Origin: Promethearchaeota archaeon
GTDB lineage: Archaea; Asgardarchaeota; Lokiarchaeia; Sigyniarchaeales; SOKP01
DNA: 64,000 nucleotides
Reading direction: 5' to 3'
Assembly (NCBI GenBank): GCA_019058295.1
Contig: JAHPZI010000021.1
Coordinates: 96,001 to 160,000, forward strand
This document shows, in pieces, positions 1-9,141 of the stretch. A program made the translations under genes and the position numbers. Positions within the stretch are counted from its first letter, which is position 1; each line of letters begins with the position of its first letter. Under the pieces are notes generated by a model. It saw only the letters and a program-made list of their open reading frames with translations. It did no database searches and was not told where the DNA came from.

Positions 1-1
1 T

Positions 2-106
2 CCAACTATTGTTGATTGTTCTAAAGCTAAGAAAGAACTAGGATGGACCCCTCAATTTGACACGCTTGGATCAATAAAAAAAAATTTAGAAGTACATTAC
101 GGATAA
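2..106 (+). CDS. 3' end of NAD-dependent epimerase/dehydratase (partial, cut by window edge)
   Basis: Manual translation PTIVDCSKAKKELGWTPQFDTLGSIKKNLEVHYG*; D-x-SKAKKELGW-x-P is the typical extended-SDR C-terminus. Confidence 0.7.
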   Translation, partial: PTIVDCSKAKKELGWTPQFDTLGSIKKNLEVHYG

Positions 107-112
107 GTTGTA

Positions 113-832
113 TTGTTAAAAATGAAGGATAAGAAACCTAAGAAGATTTACAACAAACAATTAGTTGGTGTAGGTGTTAAAAAATCTCGTGGTATTCACA
201 CCATTTTCGAAATTGGTAATAACCAACATGAATTATATCGGAATCTTTTATTAGATTCTTTAGAAATGCCCTTAAATCCGAGGGTAAAATTTTATATTTT
301 CCATTTCCTTAAGATTTTTCCCTGGCCTCTAAGAGGTTATCTTGAGGCTTCAGTTTGCCTTTTAGGAAAACATTCAAGTGGTATTGAGGGCTGGTATCCA
401 ATAACCATGCCAGTAACTGGAACTTTAGCATTATGGACCGGTCTTAAAGTAGGATATCCTAAGTACAAACCACAATCATTAACTTTAAAGTCTCAAAATG
501 GAAATTGGATCGGAAAAGTTTTACATGATGATAGGGCTCACTTCACGTTAGAATTCTCACCAGAGGATGTGGACATTCCTTGGAGAGGGATTTTAACCAC
601 TGATACACCTTTTTTATTAAACTCGAAATTATCAGGAAAAATAAACCTTATGAAGCCATCCGTACATAAAGAAAAGCTCTATAAGGAAGAAACTGGAATG
701 GTCTCCGTTACAATTGATTCTGACGAGCCATGGACTAACTTATTCAATACTAATGAACTAAAAGCTCCCGGCATTTTCTTTCAATGGGAAGGGAAAAAAT
801 ATTTAACACGTGATCAAAAAAAACCTATATAA
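113..832 (+). CDS. Acetoacetate decarboxylase-like (ADC fold) protein
   Basis: YLEASV, EGWY..TMPV and G...GYPKY motifs resemble the ADC family. Confidence 0.55.
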   Translation: MLKMKDKKPKKIYNKQLVGVGVKKSRGIHTIFEIGNNQHELYRNLLLDSLEMPLNPRVKFYIFHFLKIFPWPLRGYLEASVCLLGKHSSGIEGWYPITMPVTGTLALWTGLKVGYPKYKPQSLTLKSQNGNWIGKVLHDDRAHFTLEFSPEDVDIPWRGILTTDTPFLLNSKLSGKINLMKPSVHKEKLYKEETGMVSVTIDSDEPWTNLFNTNELKAPGIFFQWEGKKYLTRDQKKPI

Positions 833-1024
833 TCCGATATTTTACCCCAAGACCTTAAAATCAGTGCGACTGCGGATGATGGCACAATCATGGGGGTTAG
901 GCATAAACAATATCCTATAGAAGGGGTCCAATTCCATCCCGAGTCGATAAAAATGAAACCCCATAGAATACAAATCCTGAAAAATTTTTTACACTTAAAA
1001 TTTAAGGAAGATAAGAAATTATAA
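833..1024 (+). pseudogene. 3' fragment of TrpG/PabA-type class I glutamine amidotransferase (copy 1)
   Basis: Translates [53 protein letters not shown]; GVQFHPES is the catalytic His-Glu motif; N-terminal two thirds absent. Confidence 0.9.
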
Positions 1025-1057
1025 AAATTAGTATGATTATTTAGATAATGAGAAAAT

Positions 1058-1258
1058 ATGACTTCAAACCTTAAGGAAGAGATTATAGACCTCATAAGAA
1101 AATTACCAGAAGATGCCACTATTGATGATATTATGTATCATCTTTATGTTAAAAAAAAGATATTAGCAGGTCTTAAAGATATTGATCAAGGGAAAATCGT
1201 TCCTCATGAAAAAGTCATGGAGAATGCCAAAGCGAGATTGGAACGATGGTTGAAATAG
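1058..1258 (+). CDS. Putative type II antitoxin
   Basis: 66 aa, LPED.T.DDIMY.LYV..KI..GL.DI..G pattern; overlaps downstream RelE/ParE toxin. Confidence 0.8.
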   Translation: MTSNLKEEIIDLIRKLPEDATIDDIMYHLYVKKKILAGLKDIDQGKIVPHEKVMENAKARLERWLK

Positions 1259-1530
1259 AATGGTCAACTACAGCTCAGATTGATCTGAATGATATTATAG
1301 ATTATATTGCACAAGATTCGCTTGAATTTGCTCTTTCGTTTTATGATCAAGTAAAAGAGAAACTTGAAAATCTAACTGAATTTCCAAATATGGGAAGGAA
1401 AGTCCCAGAGCTCGATGATCCTAATATTCGAGAACTGATTTTTAGAAATTATCGTCTTATTTATCGTATCATGGGAGATAAGATTCAGATCGTTAGAGTT
1501 TTCCATGGTTCAAGAATTTTAGAATTTTAA
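1246..1530 (+). CDS. RelE/ParE family toxin
   Basis: WS..A..DL..I.DYIAQDS, FPNMGRKVPE, RELI..NYRLIY, IVRVFHGSR. Confidence 0.9.
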   Translation: MVEIEWSTTAQIDLNDIIDYIAQDSLEFALSFYDQVKEKLENLTEFPNMGRKVPELDDPNIRELIFRNYRLIYRIMGDKIQIVRVFHGSRILEF

Positions 1531-1549
1531 ACTAAATATAATCAAGATT

Positions 1550-1610
1550 AATTCCATCCGGAATCCCTTAAAATGAAGCCCTATGGATTGCAAATCTTGA
1601 AAAAATTTTC
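1550..1610 (+). repeat. trpG/pabA 3'-end relic (copy 2)
   Basis: aattccatccggaatcccttaaaatgaagccctatggattgcaaatcttgaaaaaattttc = FHPESLKMKPYGLQILKKF, homologous to copy 1. Confidence 0.9.
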
Positions 1611-1629
1611 AAAATCTATAAAATACTTT

Positions 1630-2277
1630 TTATCTATTCTTATCAAATAAATAGAAGCATACAAGGATTATCCAGGCATATATAGAGAATAAATACACCC
1701 ATTCATAAAAAACATAAGAAGGAAACCCAATCACCAACAATATAATAATTATAGGCATAACTAAAATCATATAGACTCCGATACTATGAGGTATATTGGT
1801 CCGATATATGATAATAACTAAACCATAAGAAATCGTGGAGATGATACCTCCAATGATGGCAAAGGTAGCAAATAAAACATGTATTTCTCGGTTGACATCT
1901 AATGTAATAATACCTGTTACTATCATATTGAGAAAAATCATGAGCATGCCAAAGAATGCCAAATTGATTATTTGAGGTTTATTTTCTTGGTTTTCTTGAA
2001 TCTGGGACATTAATTGTTTCCTTATGAAAAAGGTAAGGGGTATAAAAAAGGGTCCCGAAATAACATTACCAATAGTTCTCATATAAGGAAAGGGGGTATA
2101 TTCACTATTTCCCATATCGCTAATATAATTATCTATCATATTATAGCCTTTAGTTCCAAAAACCGCCGCAATTATGTAGCCTATAATTAGAGCTAATGAT
2201 ACAACGGTAAATGCGATAATCGTCGATATTTTAACAATTTTTGGTTTAGTTAAATAATCATATACTTTATTTTTCAT
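1630..2277 (-). CDS. DUF998-like multi-pass membrane protein
   Basis: GYN..DNYISDMG motif, several TM segments, conserved His and EW. Confidence 0.7.
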   Translation of the reverse strand: MKNKVYDYLTKPKIVKISTIIAFTVVSLALIIGYIIAAVFGTKGYNMIDNYISDMGNSEYTPFPYMRTIGNVISGPFFIPLTFFIRKQLMSQIQENQENKPQIINLAFFGMLMIFLNMIVTGIITLDVNREIHVLFATFAIIGGIISTISYGLVIIIYRTNIPHSIGVYMILVMPIIIILLVIGFPSYVFYEWVYLFSIYAWIILVCFYLFDKNR

Positions 2278-2289
2278 CGTTTATTCCCA

Positions 2290-3837
2290 TTATTTTTTTT
2301 TATTCTTCTCTTCTTCACGAAGTATGTTTTTCATTATTTTTCCGGTTGGATTTTTAGGTAGATCGCTTCTAAATTCAAAATATTGTGGAACTTTAAAATC
2401 AGCCAGATTCTTTTTACAGAATGCTTTTATTTCTTCTTCATTTAAAATGGTATTTTCCTTTAAAACAATGAATGCTTTTGGAAGTTCACCATAGATTTCA
2501 TCATCAACACCAATAACAGTGGCTAAAGAAACTGAAGGATGTGAGTATAATACTTCTTCTATTTCACGGGGATAGATATTTTCTCCACCCCGAATAATCA
2601 TATCCTTTTTTCTATCTGAAATAAAAAAAATACCATCTTCATCTTGGTGACCAATATCACCTGTATATAACCACCCGTCTTTTAGTGTTTCCTGATTTGC
2701 TTCTGGATTCTTAAAATATCCTTTCATCACGTGATCACCTTTGCATAGGATCTCTCCTTTAGTATTAGGAGGTAATTCATTACCATTATTATCCACTATC
2801 TTCATTTCAGTTCCAGGTAAAGGTAATCCAATGCTTCCAATCTTTCTTTTATCCTCTGTTAATGTTGGCATTGGATTAACTGAAGCAGCACATGTCGATT
2901 CTGTAAGTCCGTATCCCTCCACTACTTTACATTTGAATTTCTCTTCAAAAGCCTTCATAACCTCAATTGGTAAAGGAGCCGCACCACAAATCACAAACTT
3001 TAATGAGGAAAGATCTAAATGTTCATGCGGGATTTTTAATAGAATTGAAAGTATTGTCGGGACCGCGCTGAATGTAGACGCTTTATATTTTGCAACTGTA
3101 TCCCAATGCTTTTTCGCAGAAAATCCAGGAGTTAATATGCAGCTCGCTCCGCAATATAGGGGAGTCATAACTGTAACAATTTGTGCATTAACATGAAATA
3201 GTGGCAATATTAGCATAAATCTATAATCTTCTTCTGATTTAGTATGTTCCACAATCATTTCACTATTTCTAATAATGTTGAAATGAGTTTGTAATACCCC
3301 TTTTGGAAAACCAGTAGTACCAGAAGTATATAATATTGCTGCGGGATCTAGTTTTTCATCAATTTCAACCTGTGGAGGTTTTATTGAAGATGCATTTTCC
3401 ATTAATTCAGAATAACTTAATGTATTATTTTGTTGCTCTCCAATTAAAATTATATGTTCTAAACATGGTAAATCTTCTCTAATTTCATTTACATTTTCCA
3501 ATAAAGCTGGAACTGTAACTATAATTTTTGCCTCAGAATGATTCACTACATATTGTATTTCACGTGGTTTAAATAATGCATTCACTGGACCTACTATTGC
3601 TCCAATTTTTGGAATACCTAGATAAAAGAATACATACTCCAACATGTTTGGAAGATAGATACTAACAATATCACCTTTTCGAATTCCTAAATTGAAAAGC
3701 ATATTAGCTACTTTATTTGTTAACTTATTTAATTGAGAAAAGGAAACTTCTTCATCTTTCCAAAATAGGAATGTTTTCCCTTTATATTTCTCAGCTTGTC
3801 GTTCGACTAATTCACAAATATTCATTTTTTTAACCAC
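2290..3837 (-). CDS. Long-chain fatty acid-CoA ligase (AMP-binding)
   Basis: YTSGTTGFPKG, EGYGLTE, GWLYTGD, PKNPTGKI. Confidence 0.93.
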   Translation of the reverse strand: MVKKMNICELVERQAEKYKGKTFLFWKDEEVSFSQLNKLTNKVANMLFNLGIRKGDIVSIYLPNMLEYVFFYLGIPKIGAIVGPVNALFKPREIQYVVNHSEAKIIVTVPALLENVNEIREDLPCLEHIILIGEQQNNTLSYSELMENASSIKPPQVEIDEKLDPAAILYTSGTTGFPKGVLQTHFNIIRNSEMIVEHTKSEEDYRFMLILPLFHVNAQIVTVMTPLYCGASCILTPGFSAKKHWDTVAKYKASTFSAVPTILSILLKIPHEHLDLSSLKFVICGAAPLPIEVMKAFEEKFKCKVVEGYGLTESTCAASVNPMPTLTEDKRKIGSIGLPLPGTEMKIVDNNGNELPPNTKGEILCKGDHVMKGYFKNPEANQETLKDGWLYTGDIGHQDEDGIFFISDRKKDMIIRGGENIYPREIEEVLYSHPSVSLATVIGVDDEIYGELPKAFIVLKENTILNEEEIKAFCKKNLADFKVPQYFEFRSDLPKNPTGKIMKNILREEEKNKKK

Positions 3838-4028
3838 TTTTTAAATTATGTTTGTGTTTTTATTACAATTTAAATTTCTCATTATTAATTCAATCTTTTC
3901 AATTCGTTTTTAATATTTTGCACTTTCGATGGTTTTAGGTCATAAATCTTCCACATACAGATAAATGCAATTAGATAAAATTGTTTAATATATTTATATT
4001 ATAAATAATAATTGATTGACATAAAATA

Positions 4029-4070
4029 AGTTTAAAATGAGTTTAAAATGAGTTTAAAATGAGTTTAAAA
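4029..4070 (+). repeat. 11-bp tandem repeat (AGTTTAAAATG, 3 full copies plus 9 bp) spanning a start codon
   Basis: Units at 4029, 4040, 4051 and 4062 (partial). Confidence 0.95.
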
Positions 4071-4826
4071 GATAAGCCTTTAGAGAAGAAGAAACTTTTA
4101 TACAATTACTTAATTGATCCAAAAGTGACAAGACGTAATATACTATTTGTAGCAATATTCTTACCAACAATGCTCATAATTGGGGTGCTTGTTGCAGTGT
4201 TTTTGGGACCTGGTAACTTTAATATAATAGATAATTATATAAGCGACATGGGTTCTCATCGATATACACCGATTCCCAAATTCCTTGATGATGGTGTCAT
4301 GATAACAGCTGTTTTGTTAGTTCCACCATGTTTTTACATTAAGCATGTATTCGATTCAAAATCAAAACAATTAGAATCTTTAAACGTGCCAAAAGGTTAT
4401 TCAACCATTGTATTAATAATGATGCTTATTGGACTGTTCGGTATTTTTAGTTCAGGTTTTATATCCGAAGATGTGGCAATTAGCTTATATCCAGTAACTT
4501 CAAGTGCATATGATTTACATGATATCCTTTCCACTGTCCAGTTTGTTGGGCTTGCTAGTGCTGGATTTCTTATTGGAATTATTCTAGTGCGTTATCCTTC
4601 AGGAATTCTTGAATTAGGTGCTTACGAAAATAAGTCAAAGATATATCCGATTTTATTGGGATTAGTAATGATTTTTCTCACACCAATATTAACTACCTTA
4701 TACTTGTTAGAATTCCCGCCATCAGCACCGTTTTGGGAATGGATGTTGTTTTTCTCCCTTTTTGGATGGATTTTAGCCATAGGAATAGTAATTTTACACC
4801 AGATTAAGACAGAAGAGCTGAAGTAA
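4059..4826 (+). CDS. DUF998-like multi-pass membrane protein
   Basis: FNIIDNYISDMG motif, TM segments; paralogue of 1630-2277 and 48143-48916. Confidence 0.7.
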   Translation: MSLKDKPLEKKKLLYNYLIDPKVTRRNILFVAIFLPTMLIIGVLVAVFLGPGNFNIIDNYISDMGSHRYTPIPKFLDDGVMITAVLLVPPCFYIKHVFDSKSKQLESLNVPKGYSTIVLIMMLIGLFGIFSSGFISEDVAISLYPVTSSAYDLHDILSTVQFVGLASAGFLIGIILVRYPSGILELGAYENKSKIYPILLGLVMIFLTPILTTLYLLEFPPSAPFWEWMLFFSLFGWILAIGIVILHQIKTEELK

Positions 4827-4844
4827 TATTTATTTTTTTAAAAT

Positions 4845-5474
4845 TCATCTTAGAAATTTTAAGATATTATTAACTGAAGTTCCTTGTTGATTAAGCTTAC
4901 CACTAAAATGATGAATAGTGCTATTAACACATCCTTTAATTGTATTACATTCAGAAGTAATACATGCGATTTCTAACTCAGGTCCGGTTATGAAATCAAT
5001 TGCGGCTTTAAAGAATGCATATTTAATGAGGATTATCGCAATTTGTTTTTCTTTTGGAACTAATCCCCTATATAGGGCTTCCTTGTACTCTGAATCAAAT
5101 TGCTCTTTAGCTAAATAAATTACATTGATGACACAATCTGTGCTTTTAAAGGATAGTTGGACACCAATATTGAGTTTTTTTATCTGAGCTTCTTTTTTAT
5201 AATTTTTTTTTATAAGCTTCCTCATTGCGGCTAATAGTTCATCTTGATTTTGATCCCGTGCTGTATAAAAGATGATATCTAAATCACTATCTCGTCTACC
5301 TTCTACATTTGCTTTTGAAGCAATTTTTGCGACTTTTGCGATTTTGTAACCCAGATTTTTATGTAAAAAAGCTACAATACTATGCCATTTTGATTCAAAT
5401 TTTAGTTTTTGCTTTTGATCTTTATTCATATGTAGAAATCGTTGCTTTAATCTCTTTTCATCTAAAGTGACCAT
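4845..5474 (-). CDS. Pol-beta superfamily nucleotidyltransferase, OAS/CD-NTase-like, divergent
   Basis: IAS-x9-SDLDII resembles hG[GS]..DhD; IILIKYAF and GPELEI resemble OAS/SMODS C-lobe helices. Confidence 0.5.
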   Translation of the reverse strand: MVTLDEKRLKQRFLHMNKDQKQKLKFESKWHSIVAFLHKNLGYKIAKVAKIASKANVEGRRDSDLDIIFYTARDQNQDELLAAMRKLIKKNYKKEAQIKKLNIGVQLSFKSTDCVINVIYLAKEQFDSEYKEALYRGLVPKEKQIAIILIKYAFFKAAIDFITGPELEIACITSECNTIKGCVNSTIHHFSGKLNQQGTSVNNILKFLR

Positions 5475-5566
5475 ATTTAAAGTCCTCGGACAAGTTTTAA
5501 TTCAAACCTTAATAATTAAGCTCTTTCATTGTTTGTGTTAAGGATCTTAAGAATATATCTACATTT

Positions 5567-7096
5567 TCAAATATTTAACTCATCGGTAAGAACAATTTCT
5601 GCTGCCAAGCTACCCGTATACATAGAAACTGGAAATCCCCCTAAAAAAGGTTCAAGTACTGAATAGATCCCCACCATTAATAAGTGATCAATCGGAGTTG
5701 TTATTAATAATTTATTATTTAATCTAACTTTAGTTAGGTCCCGCCCCCATCCCGCTATGGATCCTTTAGTTCGCTGACCCCAGTCTCTATAGGTTAGAGG
5801 GGTTGCGATCTCCATAACCTCAATTGCTTCTGATAACCCTGGCAAAATTTTTTCAACGGTCTTTATTAATTTTTCAGCTAGATCCCGCTTATATTCTTTA
5901 TATCCTTGTTTTCTCTTTTTTTCTCCTGTACGCCAAGGATCCCAATGGGAATAAGGCATGTTAACTCTCAATACTAAACTTTTTTTACCTGGTGGGACAA
6001 AATTTAGGGAGTTATTAGACCATAGACATATTTCAATTTCCTTATTTGCAAAATCAATAAAATCGTTGGCAGATTCTTCGTTTAATACACTGCGGTAGAA
6101 AAGATGATTTGTTCGAATTTTTTTTAGATCAACCTTTTCAGGTGCGATACCGAGATACACGCAGAGTTCAGAACCAGTGTAAGGTGTTTTTTGGACAGAT
6201 TTTATAAAATTCTTCTCTAACTCCTTAGGATCGATCATTTCTAAAATCACTTTTTTATAATCTGCATTAGCGATAATCCACTCAGCATTAAAATTCTTCC
6301 CATCAATAGTTTCCACGCCGGTAGCTTGATTATTGTTAATTAAAATTTTTCTCACTGGCGTTCTTAGCATAGTCACTCCTCCATGCTTTTCAAATATTCC
6401 ATGCAATATCTCATTAATTTCTGAAATGCCTTTCGAAGGAAACCATATTCCCTTAATAGACATTACATTCCACATAAATGCCAAATGCACGACTGACATT
6501 ACCGGTGAGTAAGTTCCTTGGGATCCAATCAATCTTTTCAAACTTTCATTTGACAAATAGCGATCTAAAAACTCTCGGGAACTTAAATGATCGTATTTCT
6601 CAATTATTTCAAGCTGCTCTTGATAGCTATTAATCTGTTCTTCTGCTCTCTGCTTATTTTTTCCAAGTAAATAATCGGGATGCCGCTCCTGGACTTTTGA
6701 AATGGAATCGATCACAATAGACAACTCGTTGAATACCATTTCAATTCCATCTTTCTCTTCTTTAAATAGACCTTGAAGAGTTTCTTTAAATTTTTCCCAT
6801 TCTTTTGAATAAATTACATCTATTTCGGGAGAGAGAAGCTGAAAATGGTTTCTCTGAAATTTTAACTCTCCTTCAAATCCTATTTCCTCCAAAATCTGCT
6901 TTACAACATCAGGGAAACTGAAGGATAATGGTCCCATTGGAAAAGTATATCCTTTTCTTTTAAATGTGTGGCTGGTGCCTCCGATATGATGGATTTTCTC
7001 TAATAATAATACCTCCTTTCCTCTATTAGCGAGTTTCGCAGCACAAGTCAACCCACCTATTCCCGCTCCAATTATTATCGCATCGTACAAATTCAA
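5567..7096 (-). CDS. Phytoene desaturase-like FAD-dependent oxidoreductase
   Basis: IIIGAGIGGL..A..LA..G..V..LEK FAD motif, ATPLTY, C-terminal GG.P...G..AA. Confidence 0.85.
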   Translation of the reverse strand: MNLYDAIIIGAGIGGLTCAAKLANRGKEVLLLEKIHHIGGTSHTFKRKGYTFPMGPLSFSFPDVVKQILEEIGFEGELKFQRNHFQLLSPEIDVIYSKEWEKFKETLQGLFKEEKDGIEMVFNELSIVIDSISKVQERHPDYLLGKNKQRAEEQINSYQEQLEIIEKYDHLSSREFLDRYLSNESLKRLIGSQGTYSPVMSVVHLAFMWNVMSIKGIWFPSKGISEINEILHGIFEKHGGVTMLRTPVRKILINNNQATGVETIDGKNFNAEWIIANADYKKVILEMIDPKELEKNFIKSVQKTPYTGSELCVYLGIAPEKVDLKKIRTNHLFYRSVLNEESANDFIDFANKEIEICLWSNNSLNFVPPGKKSLVLRVNMPYSHWDPWRTGEKKRKQGYKEYKRDLAEKLIKTVEKILPGLSEAIEVMEIATPLTYRDWGQRTKGSIAGWGRDLTKVRLNNKLLITTPIDHLLMVGIYSVLEPFLGGFPVSMYTGSLAAEIVLTDELNI

Positions 7097-7217
7097 TCTC
7101 TCTTTGCATTTTTTATATAATACTTTTGGGATGGGTTATTAATGAACTTATCATTAATCCCAATATACAAATATGAATTTAAACGTGGAAATAGCTAAAA
7201 GAAATTACAGACGCTCA

Positions 7218-9002
7218 TTAAATAGGTTTTCCCTCATTATCCCATCCACGGAGCTCATAATAATCTTTAAGCAAATCTTGTAGCGGTGGAACATTCTTCC
7301 TAGTGCCTCCTTTATCTAGTGGAGTTGAAAAACGAGTTCCATAGGTGTCGTCGTCTTTAGTTGTTCCACATTTGAGGTTGTAACTTCTCTTCATATTGAA
7401 TATTCTTTCTCCTGCTTCAATCCACGATTCAATTGAATAAGACCTTCCTGTTATAGCATTTAGAGCATTAACCCAGGGTGTAAGTTTATTTGTAAACCAA
7501 TATCCAAAAATACATCCCCCACACGCTGAATATGCTTCGCTACCATTTTGAACTTTAATTAAAATTTCTGCTACATCCTTATCGCTACTAAAACGATTAA
7601 TACCTCCGGTTAAATTGATTTCTTCCTTAAGATTCATATAAGATGATACATGCATCGGCTCATAACAATGATAAGCACCTCTTGGAGTCGTTGCGTAATC
7701 TAAAGCGGTTAAATTATTTGCTCGAGGTTCATGAGCAGGGATTTCAAGACCTTTACCATGCATTGAGAGTTCCTCGGGTAAACCCTTTTTTTCGCAGAAA
7801 GCTCGAACACCTTGTGAAAGTTCATCTCCAATTCCTTCGCGATTAGCAATCATATTGATTAATTTTTCAATTGGTTCAATAGCCCCCCAAATTTGATCTT
7901 CAGAAAATCCTAACTGCTGAAGATCGTATTTAATTAATTTTCGATCAATTGATTCAAGAAAACATGCTATAACTGCCCCTAAAGAAATAGAATCTAATCC
8001 TAAGTCATTTATTATCAAATTCCATTTTATAACTGTTTCTAAATCATCAACGAGGAGATTAGATCCTATCATTCCAAGTGTTTCATATTCTGGTCGAGAA
8101 ACCCATTCACCATTATATTCAATAAATCCTCTACAAGCTGTTGGACAATTAAAGCACCCGTGTTTTTTAACTTCCCCACGAGCATTAATCGCTTTCGCTC
8201 CAAGATTTTTTATTCCAATCCATCGGCCCGTTGAATAATTCTTAATTATTACATCTCCAACGCTATACATGGAGTCAATATGTACTGGAGTTCCAGAATC
8301 CGCCATCACCATGGCTAAAGCGTCGTTTTTTATAAGTTCTCTTATGTCTTTTGCAGCTTCATTTAATTTTTCTTTATTATTAACTTGGACTTTTCCGGTA
8401 CCTTTAACAACAATAGCTTTTAACTTTTTGCTTCCCATGATAGCACCTAATCCACATCGTCCAGCAGCATGATGGTTGTCGTTAATAATACAAGCGATAT
8501 TCACAAGATTTTCCCCCGCAATCCCTATAGTGGCAACCTTAATTTTATCATCTCCCTGAAGCTCCTTTAATTTTTCTGTAGTTTCTTGAGTTCCACATCC
8601 CCATAAATCTTTTGCACTTAAAATCTCAGCTTCTCCATCTTTAATGCATAAATAAACGGGATTCTCGCTTTTACCTTTAATTATAACTAAATCAAATCCC
8701 GCACATTTTAATTCTTTTCCAAAAAAACCTCCTGAGGAAGCTTCCCCTATTATTTTTGTGAGAGGGGATTTGGCCATTACAAAATGTCTTCCGCAAAATG
8801 GCACAGCGGTTCCGCAATAAGGACCAACAGAAAAAATAAGAAGGTTTTCTCCGTCAAAAGGATTTATATTTGGATCTAATTCTCGCGTAACTATAGAGGT
8901 TGCAACTCCCATACCACCCAAAAATTTTTCTTCATCCTCAGCTTGGATTTCTTCAAAAGAAATATCTTTATTATCTAAATTTATTCTAAGAATTTTTCCC
9001 AT
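7218..9002 (-). CDS. aor: Aldehyde:ferredoxin oxidoreductase family (tungsten-pterin)
   Basis: KSPLT, AGRCGLGAIMGSKKLKAI, CFNCPTAC, PEYET, LGLDSIS, YYELRGWD. Confidence 0.93.
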   Translation of the reverse strand: MGKILRINLDNKDISFEEIQAEDEEKFLGGMGVATSIVTRELDPNINPFDGENLLIFSVGPYCGTAVPFCGRHFVMAKSPLTKIIGEASSGGFFGKELKCAGFDLVIIKGKSENPVYLCIKDGEAEILSAKDLWGCGTQETTEKLKELQGDDKIKVATIGIAGENLVNIACIINDNHHAAGRCGLGAIMGSKKLKAIVVKGTGKVQVNNKEKLNEAAKDIRELIKNDALAMVMADSGTPVHIDSMYSVGDVIIKNYSTGRWIGIKNLGAKAINARGEVKKHGCFNCPTACRGFIEYNGEWVSRPEYETLGMIGSNLLVDDLETVIKWNLIINDLGLDSISLGAVIACFLESIDRKLIKYDLQQLGFSEDQIWGAIEPIEKLINMIANREGIGDELSQGVRAFCEKKGLPEELSMHGKGLEIPAHEPRANNLTALDYATTPRGAYHCYEPMHVSSYMNLKEEINLTGGINRFSSDKDVAEILIKVQNGSEAYSACGGCIFGYWFTNKLTPWVNALNAITGRSYSIESWIEAGERIFNMKRSYNLKCGTTKDDDTYGTRFSTPLDKGGTRKNVPPLQDLLKDYYELRGWDNEGKPI

Positions 9003-9141
9003 TATTCATCCCTAATATTTATTAGTATAAAACCAATTCTCACTGTTTTTAATATTAATTTTTAAATTCATTACATAGAATATTTTTTTTGATTTAAATT
9101 TTAATTCCATTCCAAATTCATCAAAATACTAAGTATTTCAG

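Noticed and set aside
814-1119. 101-aa minus-strand ORF
   Set aside because: Antisense shadow of the trpG relic and the antitoxin; the + strand carries the recognisable motifs.
3929-3960. ATGGTTTTAGGTCATAAA, resembling the MGVRHK part of the trpG relic
   Set aside because: Too short and gapped to distinguish from chance.
9103-9127. AATTCCATTCCAAATTCATCAAAAT, similar to the QFHPEFI core
   Set aside because: Probably a decayed relic, but only 25 AT-rich bases; mentioned as weak and not listed as a feature.
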